This document shows positions 19,108 to 29,602 of a DNA stretch of 64,000 nucleotides, piece after piece. Origin of the DNA: a virus. The DNA lies in the IMG/VR virus record IMGVR_UViG_3300030101_002380, positions 1 through 64,000 of that record; one strand, given 5' to 3'. Position numbers and translations under genes: made by a program. A model generated the notes under the pieces. The model was not told where the DNA came from, ran no database searches, and worked only from the letters and a program-made list of their open reading frames with translations. Numbering within the stretch: position 1 is the stretch's first letter; each line of letters begins with the position of its first letter.

Positions 19108-22100
19108 TTAAGGACATGTTGTATGTCCTGACCAGTATGGTGTAGTTGTGCTATATTTAGCAACTGTAGCACCCGTAGTTCCTGGTCCAGAAGCATACCA
19201 TCTTCCATTAACTAATTCATATTCACTTTGTACATTTACAGCAGCAGAAAGTGTAGTATAAGCTCTCTGTGTAGCGTCAAACTCTACTCCTGATACATTA
19301 TATATATTTCCTAAATTACTTGCTGTCTTAGCTGCAGTACATGCATCATTTGCAGATGTTGAATGACCAGCATAAGTTTTTGTTGCACCCATTCTTTGTG
19401 CACCCAATGAAATAGGTTCACCAGCAGATCCTGAAGGAGCTAATCCAAACATACCTCTAAAGTATGTTGTAATAATACTATTAGTACTACTTGAAAAATC
19501 AGTTCCATTCTCCATATATGCATGCACTGCTAAAGCATAGTTTAAACCTCCTGTATCTTTTAGTCCTACCATTGTATTACCTGCGCCATTAGTTGTTACA
19601 CTATATGGAATATTTACTGGTGCAGTTCCTGCTAATAAATATGCTGATAAATCTAAACCTGCTACACCTACGTATGCTTTAAATCTTTCCAAACCTAATG
19701 CTGTCCCATTATATTCTTGTGTAGTTAATAATGTTGCACCTTGCAATGCTCCATAAGCTTGTTGTGCAACAGATGCTGTTGCTCCTGTTATATCAGAAGT
19801 TATAGTAGCTACTACTTGAGATACTGTAAATGGAATAGATCCTGTTATCCATGGGAAGTTACTTTGTGCTTGACAATTTTGTCCCCATAAACTTGTTGGA
19901 GCTGCTGATGATGTAATATCAATAATAGCATCATAATCTTCTTGATATTGAGCTGCACCCGATCCACTATTTGTAGTAGGCTGACTACCCCAGGCAGCAA
20001 CTGTAGCTGCTCCATATGTTCCATTTGCACTCACTTGATTAACAAATGAAATTACTTTAATATCTGGTGGAAATTCAGCATTTGCTCCTGCCCAGTATGT
20101 TGGAAGTGTATTACCATTTTCCATAATGTCTGTATACCAAGTACCACTACTCGGTACAGTTATAGCTGCTCCATATGATCCTGCACTATTAAATGTACCT
20201 ATATTCTCTACACATCCTTTAACATGCTTTAAATAATCTCCTGATTCACTTCCATTAACAGCTACATAATAAAAATTAGGTTTTTTTGCATTACTAAAAT
20301 TATTTCTAATAGTATTAAATGATTCTTTAATCTTTCTTGCATCATCAATATTAATAGAGTTTTCATCAAAGAAAATAATAACATCTGAAGTAGTATACTT
20401 AATTTCTCTAGCTGGTAAAATAGGAATAAACTTAGTACCTATTGAAGTACCACAGTCATTTGTAAGTGTAACAACAAAACTATCAGAAGACATTGTTGTA
20501 CTATCTTGTGTATATTCATATATTGCTTTTCCTGAAGTAGGTGATCCTGATTTAAATGCTAATGAACCATTTGAAGGTTGTGTTGCTATATTCCACGTAA
20601 ATGTACCGCCACCCTGGGTATATCCTACAGCATCTAATTCAATTTCTATTTTTTCGCTTGTTCTTACATAATAAACAGGTTGCTTAGAATCTATATACAA
20701 ACCATCACATGTACAAGAGAATACAACTTGAATTACTTTATGAGATGCTGTATCAATTGATGCATAAATAAAATATAATTGTCCATTAGGATTTGTTAGT
20801 GTTCCTAAATATTTCCAACCACTTTCTAAATTACTTCTTACAATACCTGTTGGTGCAAGAGGTGATCCCGTTAATCCTGTAATAGTTAATGGAGTAGTAG
20901 TTAATTCGTCATTGATAAATTCACCATTATGCACCCAACCTGTTGTACCTGTTGTAGATGCTTGAGTTATTAAAGGTTGATTTATATTATCAAAACCTGC
21001 TTTCCATTCTGTTTCAGTTGCTCCATCATTATATGTAGCAATAGTAACTGTTTCTGCACCTGCTTGTAAATCATCAGTAGTCATTTTCCAATTAGGGCTT
21101 GCAGATGTATAAACCTTTGTAGAACACACAGGTGATGTAGTTGATACTAACTGCATAGGGCATTCTGTTTTTCTTGTGCTGCCTTCTTGAGTTATTACAC
21201 TTCTTACTTGATATTGTGTGTTAGAATTTAAATTAGTAAAAGATCCAGTTATTGTTGTTCCATGCCAAGTATTAGATCTTGAGTTTACTAAAGTACCTGT
21301 TCTAGTTAAAAGTTCAACTGTAACTATATATCCTTTATTAGCTGGTAATGATGCTGATACTGTAAACGGTATTGTATCTGCAGATACTGTGCCTATTACA
21401 ACAGCACCACATGATAATTCATTTTCTATTGTAAAATTTTGTATCTCTTGGCATGTAGTATCTCCATCAGATGTGCAAAAATCAACACGTACTGAATAGT
21501 TACTACCTAAATCTAAATTACCCATTCCTTGAGTAGACAATGAATAAGCTTTATTATTTTGATAATATGATAGATCTATAAATTTAGTAATTGTATTTAA
21601 TGAAGAATCAGTTATAGTTATTTTTGTACCTCTAGAATTACATTCTGAAAATGTTGCTGGCATAGAAGTTCCTTGAAAATCAAAAACTAATGACTTTACT
21701 GAACCTCCACTATCTTTATTAACAGAACCTTTTACATCATATGTAACATCTGAGCATGATGGTTTTCCAACTGTTTCTGTTAAATTCTCTACTGCATTTC
21801 TTGTGTCATTCATTGTTATCCACAAGTTCTGGAATGACTGAGCCATATTTTTTGGAGTTGTATTCCAACCTCTTATTCCAGCCATAACGCCTGTTCCACT
21901 TAATACTTTTCTTTGTGAGTATGCAGGTGTATATGCTAATGCAGTTGTTAATTCATTTGCCGTACCTAATGCTCTTGTTTGTGCTCCATAAGTTTCATCT
22001 AATGCTACAACAACTGTATCTATTCTTTGTGGTCTATTATTTCCTGTTGAATTAGGTGCAATAACACTTACTGGTGGTGGAGGAGTATCATCACAGCAAT

Positions 22101-22653
22101 TTTGTTCTATATATGTTACTCTTGCATCAATATTATTAATTTGTGTTTGTAATAATGAAATGGCTGATGTGTTGTAACAAATTCTTTCAGCTAAGAAAGT
22201 AGCATAACCTTTTCCTGTTGTAACATCAAATAGAGGTAAACTTACTACAGGACTTTGACTATTCATATACAATTGTGCTGCTTTCCTTAAACATTCAGGA
22301 ATAGGCATTTCACAATCACATGGTCCCAAATTAGGTGATCTAGGATCACTATGTGTTCCTCCATCATCACAACATTTACAAACTTTATCAATTATATTAT
22401 TTAAAAGAGCTTGTATTGTATTAGCTTGACCATACTGTTCTACTAAACAAAGTTGATTAACAGTACTAATATCTATTACACCAGACTGCTCACAACATTC
22501 TACAAGTGAATCACAAAATTTTGCAACTACATCACTTACTGTATCTCCCTCACATACGTTTACACATGTTAGATCTGGACCTTGCCAAACAACACAATTA
22601 GATGATATGTTGTCTGTACATCCGTTATTATTATTAGATTTATTAGGTATCAT
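19108..22653 (-). CDS. Putative tail fibre/spike with Cys-rich, coiled-coil, FN3 and Ig-like regions
   Basis: 1181 aa; SSNCVVWQGPDL N-terminus, coiled segment, FTNLNSNTQYQVR (FN3-like), IATQPSNGSL..DSFVVTLTNDCG (Ig/cadherin-like), Thr/Gly/Ser-rich. Confidence 0.6.
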   Translation of the reverse strand: MIPNKSNNNNGCTDNISSNCVVWQGPDLTCVNVCEGDTVSDVVAKFCDSLVECCEQSGVIDISTVNQLCLVEQYGQANTIQALLNNIIDKVCKCCDDGGTHSDPRSPNLGPCDCEMPIPECLRKAAQLYMNSQSPVVSLPLFDVTTGKGYATFLAERICYNTSAISLLQTQINNIDARVTYIEQNCCDDTPPPPVSVIAPNSTGNNRPQRIDTVVVALDETYGAQTRALGTANELTTALAYTPAYSQRKVLSGTGVMAGIRGWNTTPKNMAQSFQNLWITMNDTRNAVENLTETVGKPSCSDVTYDVKGSVNKDSGGSVKSLVFDFQGTSMPATFSECNSRGTKITITDSSLNTITKFIDLSYYQNNKAYSLSTQGMGNLDLGSNYSVRVDFCTSDGDTTCQEIQNFTIENELSCGAVVIGTVSADTIPFTVSASLPANKGYIVTVELLTRTGTLVNSRSNTWHGTTITGSFTNLNSNTQYQVRSVITQEGSTRKTECPMQLVSTTSPVCSTKVYTSASPNWKMTTDDLQAGAETVTIATYNDGATETEWKAGFDNINQPLITQASTTGTTGWVHNGEFINDELTTTPLTITGLTGSPLAPTGIVRSNLESGWKYLGTLTNPNGQLYFIYASIDTASHKVIQVVFSCTCDGLYIDSKQPVYYVRTSEKIEIELDAVGYTQGGGTFTWNIATQPSNGSLAFKSGSPTSGKAIYEYTQDSTTMSSDSFVVTLTNDCGTSIGTKFIPILPAREIKYTTSDVIIFFDENSINIDDARKIKESFNTIRNNFSNAKKPNFYYVAVNGSESGDYLKHVKGCVENIGTFNSAGSYGAAITVPSSGTWYTDIMENGNTLPTYWAGANAEFPPDIKVISFVNQVSANGTYGAATVAAWGSQPTTNSGSGAAQYQEDYDAIIDITSSAAPTSLWGQNCQAQSNFPWITGSIPFTVSQVVATITSDITGATASVAQQAYGALQGATLLTTQEYNGTALGLERFKAYVGVAGLDLSAYLLAGTAPVNIPYSVTTNGAGNTMVGLKDTGGLNYALAVHAYMENGTDFSSSTNSIITTYFRGMFGLAPSGSAGEPISLGAQRMGATKTYAGHSTSANDACTAAKTASNLGNIYNVSGVEFDATQRAYTTLSAAVNVQSEYELVNGRWYASGPGTTGATVAKYSTTTPYWSGHTTCP

Positions 22654-22695
22654 AAATATATTTTTTGTAGCTGCAAATTATTACATGTATACATT

Positions 22696-22704
22696 ATAAT
22701 ATAC
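22696..22704 (-). promoter_or_regulatory. Putative late promoter motif GTATATTAT
   Basis: Exact copy about 43 nt upstream of the 22653 start. Confidence 0.6.
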
Positions 22705-22746
22705 ATAATTTTTCATTAACAACCAAGTTGTATGTTATTATATTAA

Positions 22747-23373
22747 CTAAGCACATTGTGTATTAGTTGTACAAATTTCTTTTGTTTTTTCTGGTGTTAC
22801 AGTTATATCTATTCTCTGTTGAGAACATAGTCCTGTAGTAACAAAACAATGACAAAGGTCTAATACATGTTTTGTTACCGCACTTCCATTTGTAAATTGA
22901 TATTTAAAAAAACCATTTGAATCTGTTACACCAACATCTTTCCCATCCACATAAATAGTGTAACATGATACAGCATTACCCAAATCATCTTTTACATATA
23001 TAGATATACACTCATTATCTAAATTAACACCATCTTGAACACACTTTTCATTAAACTGACCACATCCTGCTATAAGCCATGATGGCTGTGGTGAATCACC
23101 AAAGTTCCACTTATAAGTTGAATCTGTAGTCTGATCTTTATATGCTTTTGTTTCTACTGGAATCTTTTGATCATCCCAATCACAAACTTCCTTTTTTATT
23201 TCTAAAGTTTGTAGTTTATCTAAAGGGCAACATGATGTTAAACCATATCTTTTTGATATCATATCCTTGTAAAAAAGATTTGCAAACTCTTGTTCAACAT
23301 TTATCTTTTTTATAATTTCTTCTTCTGTTTTAGTAGTACAAGGCATATTGCTCATTTTATATTTTAACAACAA
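22747..23373 (-). CDS. Cys-rich structural protein (possible tail hub/fibre adaptor)
   Basis: 208-aa ORF in the structural block; true start may be ATG 23355. Confidence 0.45.
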   Translation of the reverse strand: MLLKYKMSNMPCTTKTEEEIIKKINVEQEFANLFYKDMISKRYGLTSCCPLDKLQTLEIKKEVCDWDDQKIPVETKAYKDQTTDSTYKWNFGDSPQPSWLIAGCGQFNEKCVQDGVNLDNECISIYVKDDLGNAVSCYTIYVDGKDVGVTDSNGFFKYQFTNGSAVTKHVLDLCHCFVTTGLCSQQRIDITVTPEKTKEICTTNTQCA

Positions 23374-23942
23374 ACATCACAAGTTATTTTCTTTAATTTA
23401 GCTTTTGCAAAATTATAAAGCTCTAAACCTTCATTTGGACTTTGACAATATTCTACTTTTGCTACGGCAGCATCAATAAGAGTTCTTATATATTTCATCT
23501 CTGCCATAACTTGTTGAAATTCTGATGATGGTTGACAAGGTTGTACATCTAACTCACATAACTTTTTATAGTAGGTTGTAAGTATCTCTGTAACTCTAAG
23601 ATGATTGTATTCTACATGAACTTTATCATTTGGAGAAACACTATATTTTATAATATATATACCATCTTTTATAGCTGCTCTAGATGATGAACAACTTGTA
23701 GTTTGTAAACCTAATGAACATGCAGTTAAATTTAATCTACCAAAAGTTTCCCAGTTACCATCAGAATCTTTTACTACTGTAGTCTTTATTAATCTAGGAG
23801 AATTAAAACCAGGACAAGTTATTAATAACTCAGGGCAATCTACCCCAAGATCCTCATTATAATCACTTGTATCTACTATAGGTAATATCTCACAGTTTGA
23901 ACTTTGAGGTATATCTAGACTTAAAATATGTTTACCAGCCAT
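23364..23942 (-). CDS. Structural protein (possible tail hub)
   Basis: 192 aa; DGIYIIKYSV motif and helical C-terminus; lies ahead of fibre genes. Confidence 0.45.
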   Translation of the reverse strand: MAGKHILSLDIPQSSNCEILPIVDTSDYNEDLGVDCPELLITCPGFNSPRLIKTTVVKDSDGNWETFGRLNLTACSLGLQTTSCSSSRAAIKDGIYIIKYSVSPNDKVHVEYNHLRVTEILTTYYKKLCELDVQPCQPSSEFQQVMAEMKYIRTLIDAAVAKVEYCQSPNEGLELYNFAKAKLKKITCDVCC

Positions 23943-23976
23943 AAAAAATTGTTTTATATATATACACTATTCACTA

Positions 23977-23985
23977 ATAATATAC
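23977..23985 (-). promoter_or_regulatory. Putative late promoter motif GTATATTAT
   Basis: Exact copy about 35 nt upstream of the 23942 start, just downstream of a terminator. Confidence 0.6.
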
Positions 23986-24007
23986 AAATTTTACTTGATT
24001 AAAAGAA

Positions 24008-24040
24008 ATAAAAAAGGGGTAGAATTTAATCCACCCCTCT
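24008..24040 (-). terminator. Intrinsic terminator
   Basis: Minus strand AGGGGTGGATTAAATTCTACCCCTTTTTT: GC-rich stem plus U-run after 24068-25477. Confidence 0.75.
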
Positions 24041-24067
24041 TCTAATTAATATATATAGTGTTATTTC

Positions 24068-25477
24068 TTAGAAATCACCACCCTTATCTTCAAGTTCTTG
24101 AAAAGTTGAGACAATTCCATCACCAGCTAAAGTAGTTACCTCACATGCAGTTGCTAATTGTTCCCAAAGCTTGTTTAAAGGCCCGATAACAGTTAAAGCA
24201 TCAGCATCATGTTTAACATAAATCTTATAGTGATACTGATCATTATCAAATATACCATTAGGATTGTTAAACCTTGGAATATTGTGTAACAAGTGATATA
24301 CTCTAAATTCACCTTTACAGTCATTATTAGTATTATCTCTTCCTAATTCAGTAACAATACTTGACATACCTTCTTGCTCTCTAAATCTAGAAGAATCTCT
24401 TAGACCTTGATTGTAAGGAGATTGTCTGTAGTTTTCAGTTAATAGAATATCATTAATTGCAGTGTCAGAAGAAGTAGTTCTTTGTTTGAAATCAGTAGTT
24501 GTTTCAATAACAAATCCTTGACATGCTACGCATGGTACTCCAGCTTCATCTTGTAAATCAGCAGATACTTTAAGACCTCCCAATAAATAGAAATCTCTTG
24601 TATCAAATGAACAAGAAGTAAATTGAGTTTGTAACTCACAGCTAGTCTTTAATGTAATAATAACTTTATAAGTATCATCAGCTTGCCATGTACCATCATG
24701 AGTAGTAAGTGCAGTAGTTAAATCACTAATACCTAGTGCACCACCTGCATAAATAGCATTCTCTTCAGCCTTAATTACATCTGCATAAGCACCACCACTT
24801 TTACTAAGTTGTAGTGTAGCAGTACCAAACTGAGATAAAATTGGATCATTGTTAAACTGATCTCTAAAGTTAATAGCTACAATAGATGGAGCAATACCTC
24901 CGTGTGTAGCATCTTGTGTTACACAACACATGTCAACACCATTAGCAGGTAATGTTAATGCACCTGTACCATCTTGAGCATTTGTAGCTGCCATTGGTAA
25001 AGATCCAGATAAAGAACCATATGCATTGTGATTTAACAATCTTAATGCAGCAGTACCTTTAATATCTACTCTCAAGATAGGATCAGATCCACATGGGAAA
25101 CAAGAAAAATTTTCAGCAGTAGGCTTAATTTCTATTACTGCTGTTCCAGCTGTTTCATCTTTTTCCTTAGTAATCCACATATTAGAGACAAACTTAGGTT
25201 TAATAAGTTTTGATTTTGAGCTTTCTTTATAACCTCCATGTCCAGGATTATTACCAATCCTATCATTAGGTTGAAAAGCAGCTTGTGCTATATAGAATCC
25301 AGCTGTCTGACCAGGTATTTGTGAAAGTGGTATAATATCATACTTACCATCTACAATAGCCCAATCACCTACATTAGTTAATGAAGCAGAAGTGTTTTGA
25401 ACATTACCTGCTCCTGTTGGCTTTATGAGATCCTTTGCATAAAAGGACTTACAAAAAGCGTGATTAAAATGTGCCAT
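24068..25477 (-). CDS. Putative auxiliary capsid/major structural protein
   Basis: 469 aa with its own promoter motif and terminator (high-expression signature); position matches the crAss-like auxiliary capsid gene. Confidence 0.5.
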   Translation of the reverse strand: MAHFNHAFCKSFYAKDLIKPTGAGNVQNTSASLTNVGDWAIVDGKYDIIPLSQIPGQTAGFYIAQAAFQPNDRIGNNPGHGGYKESSKSKLIKPKFVSNMWITKEKDETAGTAVIEIKPTAENFSCFPCGSDPILRVDIKGTAALRLLNHNAYGSLSGSLPMAATNAQDGTGALTLPANGVDMCCVTQDATHGGIAPSIVAINFRDQFNNDPILSQFGTATLQLSKSGGAYADVIKAEENAIYAGGALGISDLTTALTTHDGTWQADDTYKVIITLKTSCELQTQFTSCSFDTRDFYLLGGLKVSADLQDEAGVPCVACQGFVIETTTDFKQRTTSSDTAINDILLTENYRQSPYNQGLRDSSRFREQEGMSSIVTELGRDNTNNDCKGEFRVYHLLHNIPRFNNPNGIFDNDQYHYKIYVKHDADALTVIGPLNKLWEQLATACEVTTLAGDGIVSTFQELEDKGGDF

Positions 25478-25551
25478 AATTAATAAATTTTTAGCGTTAA
25501 TAAATAAATAAATAATTGTTTACAGTTGTCTCTGGTAGCATAGCTACATAT

Positions 25552-25560
25552 ATAATATAC
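25552..25560 (-). promoter_or_regulatory. Putative late promoter motif GTATATTAT
   Basis: Exact copy; shares the extended context GTATATTATATATGT with the 30922 copy. Confidence 0.6.
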
Positions 25561-25587
25561 AAAATAATATAATTAATACCTTATATA

Positions 25588-26325
25588 TTAGTTATTTTTT
25601 TCTGCACTAGCAGATCCTCTAACATATTGATTTACATCATTAATGTCACCAGCTATAATTGATACTGCCTCATCAATAATAAGTTCTACAATATCATCTT
25701 TAAATTCTGATTCAATATCAGCTGGAGATACTATAAGTGTATAAGGATCTGTACATCCTTCAAGTTCAATATTTCTTGGTTGTCTATAATATGTCAAAAC
25801 AGGATTAATAATATCAAAATCTCTTTTATATACTCTTATTGTATTTCCTTGAATTGTACAATAAGTTTCTCCCCACTCAAAGTCAGGTCTTTTTAAAGGA
25901 TCTCTCATAATTAAATCAACATTAGCTTCTTCAGCTAAGTATACTGTCATATCTCTACCTCTCTCCATAACACCCAAATGTGTTTTTTCTGTTACTTTAG
26001 GACAACATTCTGTTATTGCTTCAACTGTCATTCTTTTGTACTCAAGATAATTATCAGGAAATAAAGTAGATTGTATATAATCTGGCTGATTTATAAATGT
26101 TAAATTAATCTCTCTCAAAAGGATCTGTAAATCATCTATACGTCTTTTAGACATTTCATCACCTTCCTTATACATATTATTACCATGTAACTGTCTTCTA
26201 CACCATTCAACCTGTGCTTTATTAAAAGCTTCAACAATTTGCCAGCACTCTATATTATCATAGTCATCACTGGCAATCTTGTTAAGCCTTTGTCTAAATT
26301 TTAATTGTAGTGTAGTATTATTCAT
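25588..26325 (-). CDS. Putative head-tail connector/ring protein
   Basis: 245 aa, two genes downstream of the capsid gene; LTYYRQP..ELIIDEAV pattern typical of adaptor rings. Confidence 0.55.
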   Translation of the reverse strand: MNNTTLQLKFRQRLNKIASDDYDNIECWQIVEAFNKAQVEWCRRQLHGNNMYKEGDEMSKRRIDDLQILLREINLTFINQPDYIQSTLFPDNYLEYKRMTVEAITECCPKVTEKTHLGVMERGRDMTVYLAEEANVDLIMRDPLKRPDFEWGETYCTIQGNTIRVYKRDFDIINPVLTYYRQPRNIELEGCTDPYTLIVSPADIESEFKDDIVELIIDEAVSIIAGDINDVNQYVRGSASAEKNN

Positions 26326-26327
26326 AG

Positions 26328-27404
26328 TTACATTTTCCAGTAATATTCAACTTGACTCATAATAGACATCATATGCTCTTCATTCAAAGGATTCTTTAAA
26401 AATTCTAAGCACTGATCAGGAGTCTTACCTAACTTAGTACTTCCTAAATAAATCCAACCATCAGCTTTATTTGAAATAATGCTGTATGAACTTGCATCTT
26501 TAATAACTGCTTTTAGTTTCAAGTCTTCCATTGAAAGTCTTGATGCATCTAAAAATGCTTGTGCAGATCTTCTTTGATTTCTATCATGCCCATCTCCATG
26601 AATAAATGCATCCATGTTTTCATAAATAACATCATTTGCAGTTGAGTTATTATATTGTGAGCTGTTTGCGTCACAAACTTTAGCAACATAGAATAGTTTT
26701 TTATTCTCTGAATCATACATAGATGTCAATGATGCAAGAGCTCTATTTCTTAGTTTAGATAATTCAGTTCTTGTACTTACTGTATCTTCTAGCTTATCTA
26801 AATAAAATTTACATCCTGGTCTACCTTTTGCAGTTCTTAAATTAGGTGCTACAATTGAAAAACCTCCTGCTTCTATTGCATATAATTTTATAAGATCATA
26901 AGGATCTGTTGATGGATCTAAAAATAAAGGTTCATTACCCACTCTAATACTAATCTTTCCCCAAAAGTCATGGTTATCATGCCTTAATAATTTTACTTTG
27001 TTCCAAAACTCTGGATCATTTGGGTCAATTATATTAGCTGCTAGATCTCTTTCTAATACTGCAACAGCCTTTCTAATCTCATTTACTTTTGCCTTTCTCT
27101 TTTGTGGAGAAAGTTTCTTTATTTCAGGCGCAAATTCATTTAATCCTGTAACATATCTTTTAATACCATTCACCTCAAGACATGATAATTCTTCTTCATG
27201 AATAACTCCTTCAAAAAGTGACATACCATAATTTTCTAGACCCATGTTTTCACTGTCTCTATCAAAAAATGTACGTATTGCAATAGATTGATCTTTACCA
27301 CTTTGATACTTTTCAATCATTGTTATTTCAGTAATAGGTTCAACTGCTGGCGTAGGAGTTGTTGTTACTGTTTCTGCTGGTTTTGTATTTTGTGTTTTTG
27401 CCAT
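26328..27404 (-). CDS. Capsid-module protein of unknown function
   Basis: 358 aa directly downstream of the major capsid gene, as in crAss-like capsid modules. Confidence 0.5.
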   Translation of the reverse strand: MAKTQNTKPAETVTTTPTPAVEPITEITMIEKYQSGKDQSIAIRTFFDRDSENMGLENYGMSLFEGVIHEEELSCLEVNGIKRYVTGLNEFAPEIKKLSPQKRKAKVNEIRKAVAVLERDLAANIIDPNDPEFWNKVKLLRHDNHDFWGKISIRVGNEPLFLDPSTDPYDLIKLYAIEAGGFSIVAPNLRTAKGRPGCKFYLDKLEDTVSTRTELSKLRNRALASLTSMYDSENKKLFYVAKVCDANSSQYNNSTANDVIYENMDAFIHGDGHDRNQRRSAQAFLDASRLSMEDLKLKAVIKDASSYSIISNKADGWIYLGSTKLGKTPDQCLEFLKNPLNEEHMMSIMSQVEYYWKM

Positions 27405-27439
27405 TTTAACTATAATTTATTGGTTTAATTTTTTAAAGA

Positions 27440-27470
27440 TATTGGGGAGAACCGTTAAGCTCTCCCCTCT
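27440..27470 (-). terminator. Terminator/stabilizing hairpin after the major capsid gene
   Basis: Minus strand GGGGAGAGCTTAACGGTTCTCCCC stem-loop; weak U-tail. Confidence 0.6.
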
Positions 27471-27482
27471 ATCAAATGAATA

Positions 27483-29117
27483 TTAGAATGATCCTCCTGT
27501 AATTGGATTCTTCATTACAATTTTCAATACCTTAGTTGGGTCTTTTACCCAAACAGAAGGCATGGTTTGTGTCATCATAACACGGTATCCGTTGAAGTTA
27601 CCTGATGATGCAAATCCTTGAGTTCTTCCCATATAGTCCATAGTACCATTTTGGTAGAACCACTTCAATGCATTATCCCAAGAAAGTTTCAATAAGTGAA
27701 TGTTGTCATTTCCTGACTCAGTGATGTCAAAGATAATAAAGCTGTAAGAGCTTAATGGTCTTCCATCAATAAGTGGGTTTTCAATATCATTAGTATGTAA
27801 GTTATCAAATGCTGGATTTAATACAAATCTTACGTTAGCCAAGAATGGAATAACGTATGAAGTGAATGCATATCCAAAGCCAAGATCCATACCAGATCCA
27901 GTTACAATACCGTTTGCGTCAGCATTAACAACATATTGTGAACCTAATCCTACAGCTTCTTTAGCAATTGCATCATTAACTAATTTCATACCACCAATAC
28001 CTGTTTGAACAATTAATGTTCTTTGTGGGTCTGGTCCTTCTAATTCAACTTTACCTTGGTAGAAGTTATAAAGCTCAGTCTTAAACATATCTAAGCTGAA
28101 AGAAGACTTATTGTAGATTCTCTTGTAAGAGTTATCTAATTGCTTCCAAAGACCTACAGACATTCTAATGTCATCTGGTCCATCTTGTCTTACTCTACCA
28201 CCGTGTCCCCACATTAAGTATGTTTCAATATCACTTGCAATTTTATTCAAGTGAGCTGCCTCTAGATTAGTTAAGAAAGTTCTTGTTAATGAACCATTAT
28301 CAAAAGCTCTCTTTACAAAATCAGCACCCATAATTTCTACCATACTTTCTAATGAAGATACAGATGGATCTACGTCTTGATCAAAAGTTCTCCAGATCTC
28401 AGTAACAGGAATAGAACCGTCAGCATTCATTCCTCCTTTAAGCATTAAGTCTGCTCTTGAAGAAACTGAATAGTGAACGTGTGCTTCAGCTCCTCCTACA
28501 AAGTTGTAGAATTCTCTGAAACCAGTTCCTGTTTCAATATCTGAAAATCTTTCACCGTACTCACCACGTGCAGAACCTTTTCTAAAGAATTTAGTTCCTG
28601 ATGTTAAGTACTTGTCTGCTAGACCTGCTGTATTATCACTGTTAACAAGTTGTACAGTATAAACAAATCCGTCACCTGATGGAAGAATATCTTCTGCAGT
28701 AACGTAAAGTTCTTTACCATTATACTTGTCATAAGTAATAATATCACCATGTCCAAATGCTCTCTTATTTAAGAGAATCTTAAAAGTTTGACCATCTATT
28801 CCTCTGATTACACCGTCAGCGTCTGTAACACCGTCAATTTTACCTAAAGAATAAGGAAGGTCTTGTGCAATAGGAGTTTGCCATTTATACTCACCTCTAG
28901 CATTGTCAACCATAATTGTATTCTGACCACCAAATGAAGCTAACTGATACAAAGGCATTTCTACCTTTTGTGTCATTGCCCATAAATCAACAGGACCCAT
29001 ATCCATAGGTTCTGATGATCCTAACATTGCAGTTAAGTGGTAAGAATCAATATGAGAACTAGCTTTGTAGTTTGTATCTCTAAGGAAAATCCCATTATTT
29101 AAAACTGGAGTTGCCAT
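27483..29117 (-). CDS. Major capsid protein
   Basis: 544 aa; follows portal and scaffold; C-ending codons (TTC, AAC, TAC) visibly frequent; followed by a strong hairpin. Confidence 0.8.
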   Translation of the reverse strand: MATPVLNNGIFLRDTNYKASSHIDSYHLTAMLGSSEPMDMGPVDLWAMTQKVEMPLYQLASFGGQNTIMVDNARGEYKWQTPIAQDLPYSLGKIDGVTDADGVIRGIDGQTFKILLNKRAFGHGDIITYDKYNGKELYVTAEDILPSGDGFVYTVQLVNSDNTAGLADKYLTSGTKFFRKGSARGEYGERFSDIETGTGFREFYNFVGGAEAHVHYSVSSRADLMLKGGMNADGSIPVTEIWRTFDQDVDPSVSSLESMVEIMGADFVKRAFDNGSLTRTFLTNLEAAHLNKIASDIETYLMWGHGGRVRQDGPDDIRMSVGLWKQLDNSYKRIYNKSSFSLDMFKTELYNFYQGKVELEGPDPQRTLIVQTGIGGMKLVNDAIAKEAVGLGSQYVVNADANGIVTGSGMDLGFGYAFTSYVIPFLANVRFVLNPAFDNLHTNDIENPLIDGRPLSSYSFIIFDITESGNDNIHLLKLSWDNALKWFYQNGTMDYMGRTQGFASSGNFNGYRVMMTQTMPSVWVKDPTKVLKIVMKNPITGGSF

Positions 29118-29164
29118 AATTGATTATTTTTAATTTAGTTAATATTAATTTTAAGTTATTTTCT

Positions 29165-29560
29165 TTATGCTATATGCTCTGCATCTAAGTACCCAATAGT
29201 TACCTCTATAATACCTGCAGTAAGTGGGCCAGAAGCTATTACTAGCTTGATCTCTCCCCCTGCTTCAGCAGCCTTTACAAAAGAAACACCACCTGCAAAT
29301 GCATTGTTAGTAATGTAATTTTTAACTACTGTTGCTTTACCTAAAGCTGTAGTAAGATCTCTTCCACCTGCTTGTACTTTAATAGTTGCAGATCCTGTTG
29401 CAGCTGTGCTTTTTTTACAGTGCAATACGAAATCTGTGATTATAGCCCCACCTGGGATATTTGATGTTCTTTTTGGAACAATTGGCGTTGCTCCTCCATC
29501 ATCATCAAAATTATACTCCATACTCACAAATCTCTTTACTGGATTATTTGATTTTGCCAT
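29165..29560 (-). CDS. Small beta-rich structural protein (possible head decoration)
   Basis: 131 aa between scaffold and capsid genes; IPGGAIITD..LTAGIIEVTIGY beta-sandwich pattern. Confidence 0.45.
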   Translation of the reverse strand: MAKSNNPVKRFVSMEYNFDDDGGATPIVPKRTSNIPGGAIITDFVLHCKKSTAATGSATIKVQAGGRDLTTALGKATVVKNYITNNAFAGGVSFVKAAEAGGEIKLVIASGPLTAGIIEVTIGYLDAEHIA

Positions 29561-29602
29561 GATTATAAAATTTAGTTTAGTTAATAATTAATTTAGTTAT
29601 AG

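Noticed and set aside
24068-29117. Capsid and auxiliary capsid proteins both end in GG-x-F
   Set aside because: Only two instances of a very short pattern; cannot be told from chance
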